A stretch of DNA of 64,000 bases, from positions 615 to 64,614 of IMG/VR virus record IMGVR_UViG_3300025168_000080; one strand, given 5' to 3'. Positions 37,339 through 47,693 of the stretch are shown here, piece by piece; position 1 is the stretch's first letter; every line of letters begins with the position of its first letter. The stretch is from a virus (Duplodnaviria; Caudoviricetes). Below the pieces are notes generated by a model that was not told the DNA's origin, did no database searches, and saw nothing but the letters and a program-made list of their open reading frames with translations. Both the position numbers and the translations under genes were made by a program.

Positions 37339-40300
37339 TATTTTATCTTCTTTTTAAGATCTTCTATTTCCGCTTTTAATTCTTTTATGGCTTCTATTAG
37401 TAATCCAGATATGTTACCGTAAGCAACAGACTTCATACCCTCATCGTCTTCTTTTACAACTTCTGGAATAACTTTTTCTATTTCTTGAGCTATAACTCCA
37501 ATAGACTTTTCATTATCACCTATTTTATTAAACTCTACACCTCTTAATTTACTTACTTTTTCAAGTGAATTATCAATAGTTTTAATATTTTCTTTTACTC
37601 TAATATCTGAATAAGCTATAATATCTCCTGTAGCTCTAATAGTTCCACCGACATCAAGCTTATAACTTGGTCCAGTAACATTAATTCCTACATTACCACT
37701 ATTAAGAATAACCATTGTTTGACTTCCAACTGTATTTGTTCCATTAAAGAACTTAATACTATCACCTGCAAGTCTTAAAGTTTCTAAATTATTATTGTTG
37801 TTTTTTGCACTTAAACTTACTGCACTTTCTTCATAACTTGAGGTTAAAAATCTACTGCTTGTGTGAGTTACTACAAAAGGACCTGTAACACTGCTACTTG
37901 CCGTTTCAGTAGGTCCAATATTTACATTTCCACTTGAAAGTATTTGCATTACTTTTGTAGAACTTGAACCTGTGTAAAATGCAATTGAAGTGGTTGTTAT
38001 AAGACTTATTTGATTTGGTGTACCAAGTCGCGTACTACCATTTACAGTAATATAAGCGGTTGAATCACTATTTAATAAATTTAAACTACCTGCAGTTGTT
38101 CCACCTTTTATATTTGAGGTTGCAGTTGGTAAAACTAAATTACCTGTAGAATCTATACGCATTCTTTCTGTATCTACACCATTGTTTGTTCTTGTGTGAA
38201 ATGTTAATTTTCCACCAAAATCTCCATCTGTAGTATTGTCTTTTCCACCCCTAACAGAAGCCATATCAGTTACACTACCGCCAGAAGTATATTTTCCATT
38301 AAAAACAATACCATTATTTATACCTGAGTCGTAAGCAGCGGTATTGCTAAGCTTTATAGAATAAATTGTTGCATCACTAATGTCTAATTTAGCTCCAGGT
38401 CCAGTCGTTCCGATCCCAACGTTGCCAGGAATTGTTACATCACCATTATGGCCAACAACCATTCTTGAAGCAGAGTTAAGACGATCATAAATTTGGTAAT
38501 CTGTACCAGCACCTATATTGCAACCAGTTTCCCATTGATTATTTCCATCTGCTTTATACCATGTGCTACAATTTTGCCCACTTGTTGTAGATTCAATTGT
38601 TAATACGGAATTTGCGCCACTAACATGGAATACTGAGGTAGGAGAAGTTGTCCCGACCCCGACGTCGCCGCCGTGTAGAATAGTAACAGCTACTCCACCT
38701 GCTGTACTTGTTCCATTATCATTAAGGGGTTTTATTGTATATTTAGTATCGTCTACACTTGTAGCAAAAACCCTTTGATTAGCAGTTGCTCCATTGTCAG
38801 ATAATACAATTCCTGCAAAAGAATCTCCTTCAATTATCATTTGTCCTCTATCAGTGCCACCGTCTATGTGTAGCCTTGTAAAACCATAAGATGCACTATG
38901 TAAAGTTCCAGGACTTGTCGTCCCAATACCAACATTTCCAGTTTGCTTTATTACCATTTGCATTCTTGACGTGATAGCTCCACCTGCTATTCCGCTTGCA
39001 GTAGAACATAAAAAAGAATGCTCACCTACCTGTTGTTGATATAGATTAGCATAACCTGGATCTGAAGTAGTACCATTTATAAACTGGGCACCTGATGTTG
39101 AAAATTTCCAATTAGTAGTAACACACGTAAAAGAATCTTGACCAACTCCGTCTGTATGGCCTTGAATTGCGCTTTGTTCACCTATTCTTAATTGAGCAAC
39201 ATAAGTAACCATTCCAGTCTCTGGCGTAATACCAAGACCAATATTTTGATTAGCTACATCTTGTTTTAAAACACTATTACCTAAGGTATCACCATCTGGC
39301 GTCCACATAGGAATAGTTCTTAATGTACCTGATCCACCTGGTACACCTGGTATATCACCACCTAAAACTTTAACTACATTACCAGAAGCGTCGGTACCTA
39401 ACATGTAAGTTGGAGTACCTGTGTTGTTTGTGGAATTGTAAGCATTGAATTTAATTGCGCCAGTACTACCAATATTTAAAACTTCTATACCTGCAATTGC
39501 ATCATCTAACATTCTAATAGCAAAAGTAGGCTCTCCATCTCCTGTACCCTCTCTTTTACCACCAAGAGCAACTCCATAATTATTAGTTGTTGAAGTACCA
39601 AAAAACATATTTGTAAAACCGCCATCGTCTGTAGTTGCGGATGGGTGTAATCTTAAAAAACAATCTCTATCAAATTGAGTTGTAACTTGTGATCTTTGAA
39701 CTTCTAACTTTCCTGTAGGCCCAGTTGTCCCAATCCCGACGTTACTTCCTGGTAACAATAATAAATCAGAAGTTGCATTTATTTTTAAATCAATACCAGT
39801 TGTTTGTATACTTCCCATAGTAGACTCGCTGCCAGCAGAACCATACTTAAAGTTCATAAATCCAACACCTGAAGTATTTACTGTAATATCACCACCTGTT
39901 ACATCAAGTTTAGAATCAGGATCATCCGTCCCGATACCTACGTTGCCAGAACTCTCTATAACCATTCTTTTTACTCCTGCTGTTGTTCCATTAGGAGCAG
40001 TCATAAAGTAAATTTCTCCACCATCAGCACCTGTGGCGACTTGCTCTAAATGTATAGAAGCTAAATAACCCCTATTACTTTTTCCTGTTAATCTACCACC
40101 TGCTGTTGCTACATCTAATTTTTGATGTGAGAAAATTTGACCTGCTTCATCAACCTCGATTGTTCCTGCTGTTGTACCAATAGTAATTGCATCATTTGTA
40201 CCACCTATTGATTCACATTTAAAAGCCCAAGCTTCATTTCCTGTATGATTTATATTAAAAAATGTACTATTGTCAGTAACATTAAAACTTTGTACAAATG

Positions 40301-43300
40301 ATGTAGCAGTTGATGTAATATTTCCTGTTGTAGTTATAGCACCTGAGTCTATTGTTCCTGCAAAAGTTGCGTTAGCGCCTGTTAAAGTTAAAGTATCACT
40401 TGTTCCTAAAGATGCACTATTAGATATTCTAAATGAATTATCAGTACCATCTTTTCCAATAGTCCATTGTGTTGTGTTTGTACCGCTGCCATTGTCTGTT
40501 CCAAATTCTAACTCAGCATCACTACTTGCTGATATTAACATACTCGTAGCACCGTTTGACCTTAGTAATTTAAAGCCTAATGCGTCGCCAGTTACCTGAG
40601 TTACTTGACCATTAAACACATGGTCATCTGTAGTTGCGTTACCTAAAGTAGCATTTCCATTAACGTTAAGATTTCCTGAAAAAGTTGCGGTACCTGCATC
40701 GGTTAAATGCATTCCAGTAACAGCTGGAGATGCTGTATTTTGAAAATACCAACCATTTGATTGAAATACTGTTGCTCCTTCCCCGGTTTCTCTCAAATAT
40801 GTATTTTCTCCAGCAGCATGCCAAATTTTAAAATCTCCGCCACCACCAAACTCTAATTTTTTATCATCAAGTAGTACCACAGCACCTGCAAAAGTTGTGT
40901 TATTACCACTAACTGTTATTGGTGCATTACCTAAAGTTTCTGAATCTGTAACAGAACTTGGTCCTTCCCATAAAGCTACAGTTTGCCCTGTACCTGCGCC
41001 TGATAGTACAGATGAGTTATCTACTTTTTGCCATTCACCAGAACCAACATCATCATTCCATATTACCCAATCACCAACACTCCAAGTGTTAGGCTCTGTG
41101 CCTGCTCCATTAGGTGTTGCGCTACCTGCTTCACTACAGATATAGTAGTATCCAGATGTTTGTGTTACACCACTTAAATCAGGGGCTCCATATATTGGGG
41201 AAAATATGTATGCGCTTGCTGTTGCACTTATTGCTGTGTCTAATTCGTAAACTGTAGAAGAAGTAACGGATGCTACTTTTACAGTACCTGTTATTCCAGC
41301 TCCTGTAACTACAGCTCCAACCAAAGTAGGTGTATTACCAGCAGCATCAAGTATAGCTGCAGAAACTGTTAATGTCGTACTGGAAGAAGTTGTCCCTGTT
41401 GATGTAGCGGATATACCTGCCTGCCAGGTTCCTCTATATATTGTAGCTCCAGTAATTAAACCGTCTACATAACCTTTTGTTGTTAGAGTAGATGATGCGT
41501 TTCCAGTAGATGTAGCTGTTGTTGCAAATGCCTGTGTTCCAAAAGTTGCGTTTTGAAGATTATCAAAACCTAATACATCTGTAAAAGTTCCACTAATTCT
41601 TTTTTGAAGTTTAAATGAACCCGCACCAGTGTTAACTACTTGTCTATATGTATTGTCTGTTTGACTATCATCAGCTCCAATATATAATTGTCCTGCGTCA
41701 ACAAACATATTATCTCTTGAGGTAACCGTGAGAGCACTTGTGTTTCCCGCAAAATTTGCGTCGTTATTTGCTCCTATTGTTATTGCAGTGCCATCATTAG
41801 TTATTATTTTAAAAGTATCATTGGATATTGTTCCTAAGTAAACATCTGAATTATTAGATTGATATGCACCAAAAACCGATGTACCTCTTGTGCTTCTAAT
41901 TATATTACCACCTGTTGGAGCAATATCTACCATATAACCATTAGCAGGTGTTATTCCACCAATACCAATAGCACCTGCAAAAGTTGCATTTGAAGAAGTG
42001 TCTAAAGTTAAAACCTCTGTGTTGTTAGTACCAAATCTTAAAGCTTGACCATCTTGTGTACCAATACCAAAAGCTGCTCCTGTGCTTTGTATTATACTTG
42101 AGCCTGCCCCTAATCCAAACCTTGCATTAGCAGAAGATCCTACATAAATATTTTGTGTACCATCAGTAACCCTGTAGTTTTGTGCTGAAGTTCCTACTAT
42201 TGAGACATTGCCTGCAAAAGTTGTATCTCCTGAATTTAATATTTCAAAAACATCTAATCCATTTCTACCAATTCTAAATTTACCTGATGCACCTATGTTT
42301 TCTATAAACCAAGTGCTATTACTATAAGTAGTATCAGAAGTTCCAAAATATATAGCTGGTCTACCTGCGCCAAAACTTCCTATTTTAACTTCATCAACTG
42401 AACTACTTGCAGCAGATGTGGCAGCTAAATTACTAAACGTAACCCCTAAGTCTGTTGTTTCAAACTTTTTAGAATTGTCGTAATATAATTCAACTGCTGC
42501 GTTTTGAGCAGCTCTAATAATGCTTTCTGTACCACTGGCAGATCTAACTATAAAATTAGGCGCATCAATTCTTAAATCTGAACCTGAACTAACAATATGA
42601 CTTGCGGTTCCATCGTGAAATAATTGCATATCTCCACCACTTCCAAACTTTAATCTATCATCTGTAGATCCGCTTGAATCTAAAAAAGTAACAACAGCTC
42701 CTGCAGTCATTGTACCACCAGCAAGTGGTAAGAAAGGTCCGTTCCAAGTTCCTCCCTCTGCTGTAATATTTCCAGATGCATCTGATACCAAAGTACCTGC
42801 CCCGTAAGTGTTGAATTTAATAGCACCGTCTGAAGCAATACGCATTTTTTCTGCTGCGTTAGTCCAAAATCTCATAGAATTATCACTATGTTGGTACCTT
42901 AAACGACCAACATCAGCATCACTTCCATCTCCAAAAACTACTTGACCATTATCATCTGTTCCAGATATTATTGACATACCTGAATTATTAGTGTTGGAAA
43001 TTGTAAAAGGGTGTGAACCACTTAGAGTAGGTATTGTGGTTGAACCACCTGACACGTGTAGTACACTACCAGGAGTAATCGTACCAATCCCAACTTTGCC
43101 TGAGCTATCAATGACCATTCTTGCTGTACCACCTGCGCTAACGTCGTTAAATGTTAAATAACCACCATCAGTCTCAATTTTATAATATCTTTCACTATTT
43201 TGAATACCTAAATTAATAGGTTCACTGCCAGTAGTAGAAAGATGTAGTTTAGCAGTAGGATTAGTCTCCCCGATACCGACGTTGCCTGAACTATCAATAC

Positions 43301-43589
43301 GCATTCTTTCAGAACCTTGAGTAAACCACCTGTGATAGTTAGCACCTAATGCGTCTTTAACAATTTGATAATCTGTTGAAACAAAAGCGCCATCTGAACT
43401 TCTTCTTGTATCAAAAGTTAAATTATTACCACCTGAGATTGTTGTAATATTGTATGTATTAGTAGCATCGGTATCTTCTATATAAATTGAAGGTGACGTG
43501 CTTGATAAGTGAAGCAAACCCGAGGGCGTAGTCGTCCCAATACCTACCTTACCATCTACTGAAAATCCACTTAACCATGTAAAAGCCAT
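37338..43589 (-). CDS. Long modular tail fibre with C-terminal intramolecular chaperone (peptidase S74)
   Basis: 2083 aa; repeated RM.I...GNVGIGT..P junctions; C-terminal SDIRVKENI...GVIAQEIE...VAYGNISGLLIEAIKEL plus coiled coil. Confidence 0.92.
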   Translation of the reverse strand: MAFTWLSGFSVDGKVGIGTTTPSGLLHLSSTSPSIYIEDTDATNTYNITTISGGNNLTFDTRRSSDGAFVSTDYQIVKDALGANYHRWFTQGSERMRIDSSGNVGIGETNPTAKLHLSTTGSEPINLGIQNSERYYKIETDGGYLTFNDVSAGGTARMVIDSSGKVGIGTITPGSVLHVSGGSTTIPTLSGSHPFTISNTNNSGMSIISGTDDNGQVVFGDGSDADVGRLRYQHSDNSMRFWTNAAEKMRIASDGAIKFNTYGAGTLVSDASGNITAEGGTWNGPFLPLAGGTMTAGAVVTFLDSSGSTDDRLKFGSGGDMQLFHDGTASHIVSSGSDLRIDAPNFIVRSASGTESIIRAAQNAAVELYYDNSKKFETTDLGVTFSNLAATSAASSSVDEVKIGSFGAGRPAIYFGTSDTTYSNSTWFIENIGASGKFRIGRNGLDVFEILNSGDTTFAGNVSIVGTSAQNYRVTDGTQNIYVGSSANARFGLGAGSSIIQSTGAAFGIGTQDGQALRFGTNNTEVLTLDTSSNATFAGAIGIGGITPANGYMVDIAPTGGNIIRSTRGTSVFGAYQSNNSDVYLGTISNDTFKIITNDGTAITIGANNDANFAGNTSALTVTSRDNMFVDAGQLYIGADDSQTDNTYRQVVNTGAGSFKLQKRISGTFTDVLGFDNLQNATFGTQAFATTATSTGNASSTLTTKGYVDGLITGATIYRGTWQAGISATSTGTTSSSTTLTVSAAILDAAGNTPTLVGAVVTGAGITGTVKVASVTSSTVYELDTAISATASAYIFSPIYGAPDLSGVTQTSGYYYICSEAGSATPNGAGTEPNTWSVGDWVIWNDDVGSGEWQKVDNSSVLSGAGTGQTVALWEGPSSVTDSETLGNAPITVSGNNTTFAGAVVLLDDKKLEFGGGGDFKIWHAAGENTYLRETGEGATVFQSNGWYFQNTASPAVTGMHLTDAGTATFSGNLNVNGNATLGNATTDDHVFNGQVTQVTGDALGFKLLRSNGATSMLISASSDAELEFGTDNGSGTNTTQWTIGKDGTDNSFRISNSASLGTSDTLTLTGANATFAGTIDSGAITTTGNITSTATSFVQSFNVTDNSTFFNINHTGNEAWAFKCESIGGTNDAITIGTTAGTIEVDEAGQIFSHQKLDVATAGGRLTGKSNRGYLASIHLEQVATGADGGEIYFMTAPNGTTAGVKRMVIESSGNVGIGTDDPDSKLDVTGGDITVNTSGVGFMNFKYGSAGSESTMGSIQTTGIDLKINATSDLLLLPGSNVGIGTTGPTGKLEVQRSQVTTQFDRDCFLRLHPSATTDDGGFTNMFFGTSTTNNYGVALGGKREGTGDGEPTFAIRMLDDAIAGIEVLNIGSTGAIKFNAYNSTNNTGTPTYMLGTDASGNVVKVLGGDIPGVPGGSGTLRTIPMWTPDGDTLGNSVLKQDVANQNIGLGITPETGMVTYVAQLRIGEQSAIQGHTDGVGQDSFTCVTTNWKFSTSGAQFINGTTSDPGYANLYQQQVGEHSFLCSTASGIAGGAITSRMQMVIKQTGNVGIGTTSPGTLHSASYGFTRLHIDGGTDRGQMIIEGDSFAGIVLSDNGATANQRVFATSVDDTKYTIKPLNDNGTSTAGGVAVTILHGGDVGVGTTSPTSVFHVSGANSVLTIESTTSGQNCSTWYKADGNNQWETGCNIGAGTDYQIYDRLNSASRMVVGHNGDVTIPGNVGIGTTGPGAKLDISDATIYSIKLSNTAAYDSGINNGIVFNGKYTSGGSVTDMASVRGGKDNTTDGDFGGKLTFHTRTNNGVDTERMRIDSTGNLVLPTATSNIKGGTTAGSLNLLNSDSTAYITVNGSTRLGTPNQISLITTTSIAFYTGSSSTKVMQILSSGNVNIGPTETASSSVTGPFVVTHTSSRFLTSSYEESAVSLSAKNNNNNLETLRLAGDSIKFFNGTNTVGSQTMVILNSGNVGINVTGPSYKLDVGGTIRATGDIIAYSDIRVKENIKTIDNSLEKVSKLRGVEFNKIGDNEKSIGVIAQEIEKVIPEVVKEDDEGMKSVAYGNISGLLIEAIKELKAEIEDLKKKIK
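38403..43553 (-). repeat. Eight dispersed 24-bp GC-rich junction repeats (consensus GGC AAC GTN GGK ATY GGG ACG ACT)
   Basis: Copies at 43530-43553, 43263-43286, 43077-43100, 39924-39947, 39723-39746, 38916-38939, 38646-38669 and 38403-38426. Confidence 0.8.
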
Positions 43590-43604
43590 AAAATTTTATT
43601 TAAA

Positions 43605-45359
43605 TTATACAGCTTTAGAGACCATTACTCTCACTCCATTGGTTGCTATAGCTGTAGTTGTTGTTATTGTTATGTTATTAGCATCTGTTCTTATAACTTC
43701 TGCATAAACTGTATCATAAGTTGTATTATCATACATTTGAATAATAACATCCCTTGTATTTAGAGCGTGATTTACAACATAAGTAGTTGCTGAGTTATCC
43801 CCAATATTATCTGCATATGTTAAGTTAGCATCTACACATGTAGAAACTGCCGCACAGAAATCAGTTACCTGAGATGCTGTAATAGCAATTGCTTGTTCTG
43901 ATGCCGCTGTTGCAACACCAAACTTGTCAAATGTTATAGTAGGTGTTTCACTTGCCGATCCATAAGTACCAGTAGTACTATTATCTATTAATTGTATATA
44001 ACCATTTACCGTTGCAGTAAAACTTGCAGAGTCAAAACCAGCTACACCTTTTTGTGCGCCTGCATCTGTTGCTCCAACACCAGCTATATTTTGATCAGCA
44101 ATTACTGTTGTATAATCTGATTCAGGTGGAGTAGAATTTGCTAAAATTGCTGTGTTAGCAAAAATTAAATCTCCTACTTCAAGCACCGTAGTGTAAAAAG
44201 CACTACCTGCTACAGTAACTACAAAGAAATCTCCTTGATCTAAAGCAATGTTACTTGCTCCATCTAAAGAACCGTTACCAGCCCCTAAGTCTGTTGTTAA
44301 ACCCGTGGTTGCATTATATCCTCCTTTAAATAGTCCAACACCACTAACTGCACTTTGAAGCTGACCGAAGTTAACCGCATCATTAGCACCTGATCCATTT
44401 GCAAGATTAATAATTTTATTACTACCCATTGAAGATTCTGCGCCCGCAGTAAATCCTCCAGTTAATGTAGAAGCTCCTGAGACACCTAATGTAGTTCCAA
44501 CACTTACAGATCCTGCAAGGCTTATACTATCATCAAGATTTACTGTAAGAGTATCTGTTGCACTTGCAACAGTATTTATATTAGTTCCACCAGCAAATTC
44601 TGCTGTATTAGTATCTGTTATAGATTGATCAGGACCACTATCTCCAGACAATGTCCAACTACTCATAGTACCAGTTCCACCAGTATATGCTATTGTAACA
44701 GTTCCATTTCCGTTATTAGTAGTGGTCATATTTGCACCAGCCGCTAAAGTTAATGTTCCTGAGTTTACAATTGTAGAGTCAGTGCCAGTTGTAGATGCTA
44801 CTGTTATACTATCAAAAGGTTTTACGTTTGTAATAGTTAAAGTGTCTGTTGCAGATGCTACAGTTGTAATACCATTACCTTGTAAAAAGCTAACAGTGTT
44901 AGAATCAGTTATTGTTTGCGATGTACCACTTGAGCCAGCTAATGTCCAAGAAGTCATTGTACCACCACCACTATTTGAAGCAGCCGTAATTCTACCTTGA
45001 GCATCTACTGTAATATCAGCTGATGTATAACTTCCAGCAACAACTGATGTATCGTCAAGATTTATAGTTATTGTAGATTTGTTACCTGCAGTAGCAATTA
45101 CCGAAGAAAGAGCTGTACCACCAGCAATATCAACTTCTTGACCGTTTGCAATTACATCATCAGTTCCTGTATCGGCTCCTAATGTCCATGAAGTCATAGT
45201 TCCAGCGCCAATATCAGATCTTATCTGTGTTTTGGTTCTGGTTTTAAGTAATCCACTTTCAGAAACAACTATACCTGTGTACGTTGAGTCTGCATCGGCT
45301 GCTAATGTACCCGAAATGGATCCATCTACCGTAATTGCTTTTAAAAATCTTATTGCCAT
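43605..45359 (-). CDS. Tail fibre/adaptor protein with internal repeats
   Basis: 584 aa Thr/Gly/Ala-rich; three GTM[TS]SWTL repeats; ITVDAQGRITAA fibre motif; C-terminal VNHALNTRDV domain. Confidence 0.75.
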   Translation of the reverse strand: MAIRFLKAITVDGSISGTLAADADSTYTGIVVSESGLLKTRTKTQIRSDIGAGTMTSWTLGADTGTDDVIANGQEVDIAGGTALSSVIATAGNKSTITINLDDTSVVAGSYTSADITVDAQGRITAASNSGGGTMTSWTLAGSSGTSQTITDSNTVSFLQGNGITTVASATDTLTITNVKPFDSITVASTTGTDSTIVNSGTLTLAAGANMTTTNNGNGTVTIAYTGGTGTMSSWTLSGDSGPDQSITDTNTAEFAGGTNINTVASATDTLTVNLDDSISLAGSVSVGTTLGVSGASTLTGGFTAGAESSMGSNKIINLANGSGANDAVNFGQLQSAVSGVGLFKGGYNATTGLTTDLGAGNGSLDGASNIALDQGDFFVVTVAGSAFYTTVLEVGDLIFANTAILANSTPPESDYTTVIADQNIAGVGATDAGAQKGVAGFDSASFTATVNGYIQLIDNSTTGTYGSASETPTITFDKFGVATAASEQAIAITASQVTDFCAAVSTCVDANLTYADNIGDNSATTYVVNHALNTRDVIIQMYDNTTYDTVYAEVIRTDANNITITTTTAIATNGVRVMVSKAV

Positions 45360-45370
45360 GTTTTTTTATT

Positions 45371-46114
45371 TTAATTAAATATTGCTACACCCGTGAAATT
45401 ATTTGTAAAATCTAATTTTACTTGGTTTAAGTTTATATACGTTGTTTGACACTCTACAATTTCTAATGGTATAGTTGGAGTTCCCAAACTTACAGTTACA
45501 GACGCAAATTTATTAAGGTTGTGAGTTACTATATAGCTATCAGAACCAGTCAATTGTGCGCTAACTGCATTCTTGTCTCCTGCGTTTCCCGCGTACTGAA
45601 GCAAAGATATAAAATAATCTTTATCATCACTCAAGCCACCATTACCATTCGCATAAGTTAACCCAATATTATAAAAAGTATTTTCCCCAGCTTTTTGTGA
45701 AGAGGAATTCCATTTATAAATAGCCCACTGAGTTATATCATCACACTGAGTAATTAAAACGTCTGAAGATAAAAGAGGACTTGTGTACCATGTAGATACA
45801 TTTATTGAAAGTCCACCTTGATTTAATGCGTATTGACTTAAGACAAATTGACTTATACCACTAAATGGAACAGTAAGTGCACCACCGTTTGTAAAAGTTA
45901 TAGATTCATCTGGTCTAATTATTGCACCACCAGGACTTACATTACTATATTTATATCTAAATAATTGGGATTCTGATGCTGTAGTATTAATAAATTTAGC
46001 AACATCACCTGCAGTAAAGTTTTTTGTTTGAAAGTTGTTTTGAGAATCTGAACCAATCCATTTATCATCAGCGACAATATTTTGATCTGTTACGTATGTT
46101 GAAATTCTTGCCAT
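45371..46114 (-). CDS. Structural/fibre-associated protein
   Basis: MARISTY N-terminus; C-terminal VTHNLNKFASVTV domain similar to the end of 43605-45359. Confidence 0.65.
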   Translation of the reverse strand: MARISTYVTDQNIVADDKWIGSDSQNNFQTKNFTAGDVAKFINTTASESQLFRYKYSNVSPGGAIIRPDESITFTNGGALTVPFSGISQFVLSQYALNQGGLSINVSTWYTSPLLSSDVLITQCDDITQWAIYKWNSSSQKAGENTFYNIGLTYANGNGGLSDDKDYFISLLQYAGNAGDKNAVSAQLTGSDSYIVTHNLNKFASVTVSLGTPTIPLEIVECQTTYINLNQVKLDFTNNFTGVAIFN

Positions 46115-46120
46115 TAAACT

Positions 46121-46525
46121 TTATTTTTTTATTGATTTACCTTTTTCGTAACTACGACCTCCAAAGTATGCCGCTGTAATTGTAATAAGAAGCATTTTTA
46201 AGAGTTCTTTCCATTCATCATCAACTGCAAAGTTAATAAATCCTGAGTCAATAAAGATAAGCAACACTGTAGAAACAAATAAAAATATAAGAGTTAGTGG
46301 TCGAACTGATTTTGACAATTTATTATCACTTGCCATATCTGACTTCCATCTTTCAGTTACATTTTTTTGTTGCTCTGCTTCTGCCTGAATAAAAATCTCA
46401 GTCATTTCTTTTTCAAACTGAGCTTTTTCATCTTTTGTTCTAACAAACTTATCTACTATATTACTAAGCTTTCCAGCAACACCTTCAGCTGCACCACCAA
46501 ATATTTTTGTTAAAATCTCTTTCAT
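46121..46525 (-). CDS. Holin (3TM gene-transfer-agent-type holin family-like)
   Basis: RWKSDMASDNKLSKSVRPL followed by two TM segments and AYFGGRSYEK. Confidence 0.8.
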   Translation of the reverse strand: MKEILTKIFGGAAEGVAGKLSNIVDKFVRTKDEKAQFEKEMTEIFIQAEAEQQKNVTERWKSDMASDNKLSKSVRPLTLIFLFVSTVLLIFIDSGFINFAVDDEWKELLKMLLITITAAYFGGRSYEKGKSIKK

Positions 46526-46866
46526 TTTCCTTTTTTTACTATAATAGGCTTAGATATTGGTGTTGGTAATATTATAGGTTTAATCGGTGTTGGTCTAACC
46601 ACAGGTGGCGTTGGTATTATTACAGGTCTTGTTGGTCGAATAATAAATTGAGGACTTAAAGGTATATAATTATAATATGGTACAGAATTTCTGTACTGAT
46701 AAGTATTATATACTCTTGGTCTAAGTGAATTAATATCTATAAGTACTGTATCACCAGCATGTGTAACTCCTAATACTTTAACAAAGTGAAATGGCTCGTG
46801 AGTTGTTGCACAACTTGTAATAATAATAATAGATAGTATTGCAAATAACAAGAGTATATATTTCAT
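46522..46866 (-). CDS. Proline-rich lipoprotein (spanin candidate)
   Basis: Signal peptide MKYILLLFAILSIIIITSC with lipobox Cys; Pro-rich C-terminus; overlaps the holin start. Confidence 0.6.
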   Translation of the reverse strand: MKYILLLFAILSIIIITSCATTHEPFHFVKVLGVTHAGDTVLIDINSLRPRVYNTYQYRNSVPYYNYIPLSPQFIIRPTRPVIIPTPPVVRPTPIKPIILPTPISKPIIVKKGK

Positions 46867-46869
46867 AAT

Positions 46870-47124
46870 TTATTTTTTAGATTTTTTTCCAACACATTTC
46901 CATCTCTTACGAGATAAATTATTTGGAGTGTTAGGATCATTTTGTTTTTTCTTAGATAGTCTTTTTTTTATTCCAAAACTTCTTGCACAATATGAATCTC
47001 CTTTAGACGTTCCAGGCTTTACCCTTGGGCCACCACCTTTTGCTTTACCAGCTTGTCCGTAACTAACTCTTTTTCCTGAAGATGTTACTTTTACTTTAGC
47101 TTTCCCTTTTCTTGGTTTTGCCAT
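46870..47124 (-). CDS. Small basic protein
   Basis: 84 aa Lys/Arg/Gly-rich with VSYGQ, SYCARS and RKRWKC. Confidence 0.75.
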   Translation of the reverse strand: MAKPRKGKAKVKVTSSGKRVSYGQAGKAKGGGPRVKPGTSKGDSYCARSFGIKKRLSKKKQNDPNTPNNLSRKRWKCVGKKSKK

Positions 47125-47147
47125 TATTTAATTTATATTGTCTTATG

Positions 47148-47486
47148 TTAGTCGTGTTGTTCCCAAGGTAAACTTCTGTCGTAAGTATTTATTTCACTTG
47201 AGGGTATTACGTTGATAGGTGATTTAGCGTCTTTTCTATAATAATAATTATTATGATCAAAACGTAAAATACCTTTTTGTATTTGTTCTAAATGATGTGT
47301 TTCGTGCGTAACTGCTTTTCTTTTTTGTGAAGGAGTTGCACTGTTATTAATTTCAATTACTCCGTTAGGATTTATTTGTCCTAAAACTTTTTTCGGTAAT
47401 TTAACTTCATTTACAATTCTATCTCCATTAGAAAATTCTGCATTATGACCAAACACTTCATATATGTTGTTTAGTTTAAAAGACAT
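47148..47486 (-). CDS. Small zincin-like metallopeptidase
   Basis: LGQINPNGVIEIN...AVTHETHHLEQ (HExxH)...LPWE. Confidence 0.7.
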   Translation of the reverse strand: MSFKLNNIYEVFGHNAEFSNGDRIVNEVKLPKKVLGQINPNGVIEINNSATPSQKRKAVTHETHHLEQIQKGILRFDHNNYYYRKDAKSPINVIPSSEINTYDRSLPWEQHD

Positions 47487-47693
47487 TTATTTTTTTTTCT
47501 TCATTGACAACATAGGTTTCTTCATTGCCATTTTAGGTTTTTTGTTTTTCATTATTTTAGCCTGTACTTTTGAAGGTAAAGAATCAAATCCCTCATTTAA
47601 TTTAGGTTTTTTAACACCAGCCATTTTAGGTTTTGAATAATACAATTTTGGCTTTTCAATTGCGCTTAACATTTTTGGTTTTTTTGACATCAT
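47487..47693 (-). CDS. Small basic protein with KPK[ML] repeats
   Basis: KKPKML, EKPKLY, SKPKMA, KKPKLN, KKPKMA, KKPML. Confidence 0.65.
   Translation of the reverse strand: MMSKKPKMLSAIEKPKLYYSKPKMAGVKKPKLNEGFDSLPSKVQAKIMKNKKPKMAMKKPMLSMKKKK

Noticed and set aside
37338-43589. Diversity-generating retroelement or invertase shufflon acting on the tail fibre
   Set aside because: No reverse transcriptase, no TR/VR pair with adenine-specific mismatches, no invertase and no inverted cassettes were seen; the repeats are all direct and in frame.
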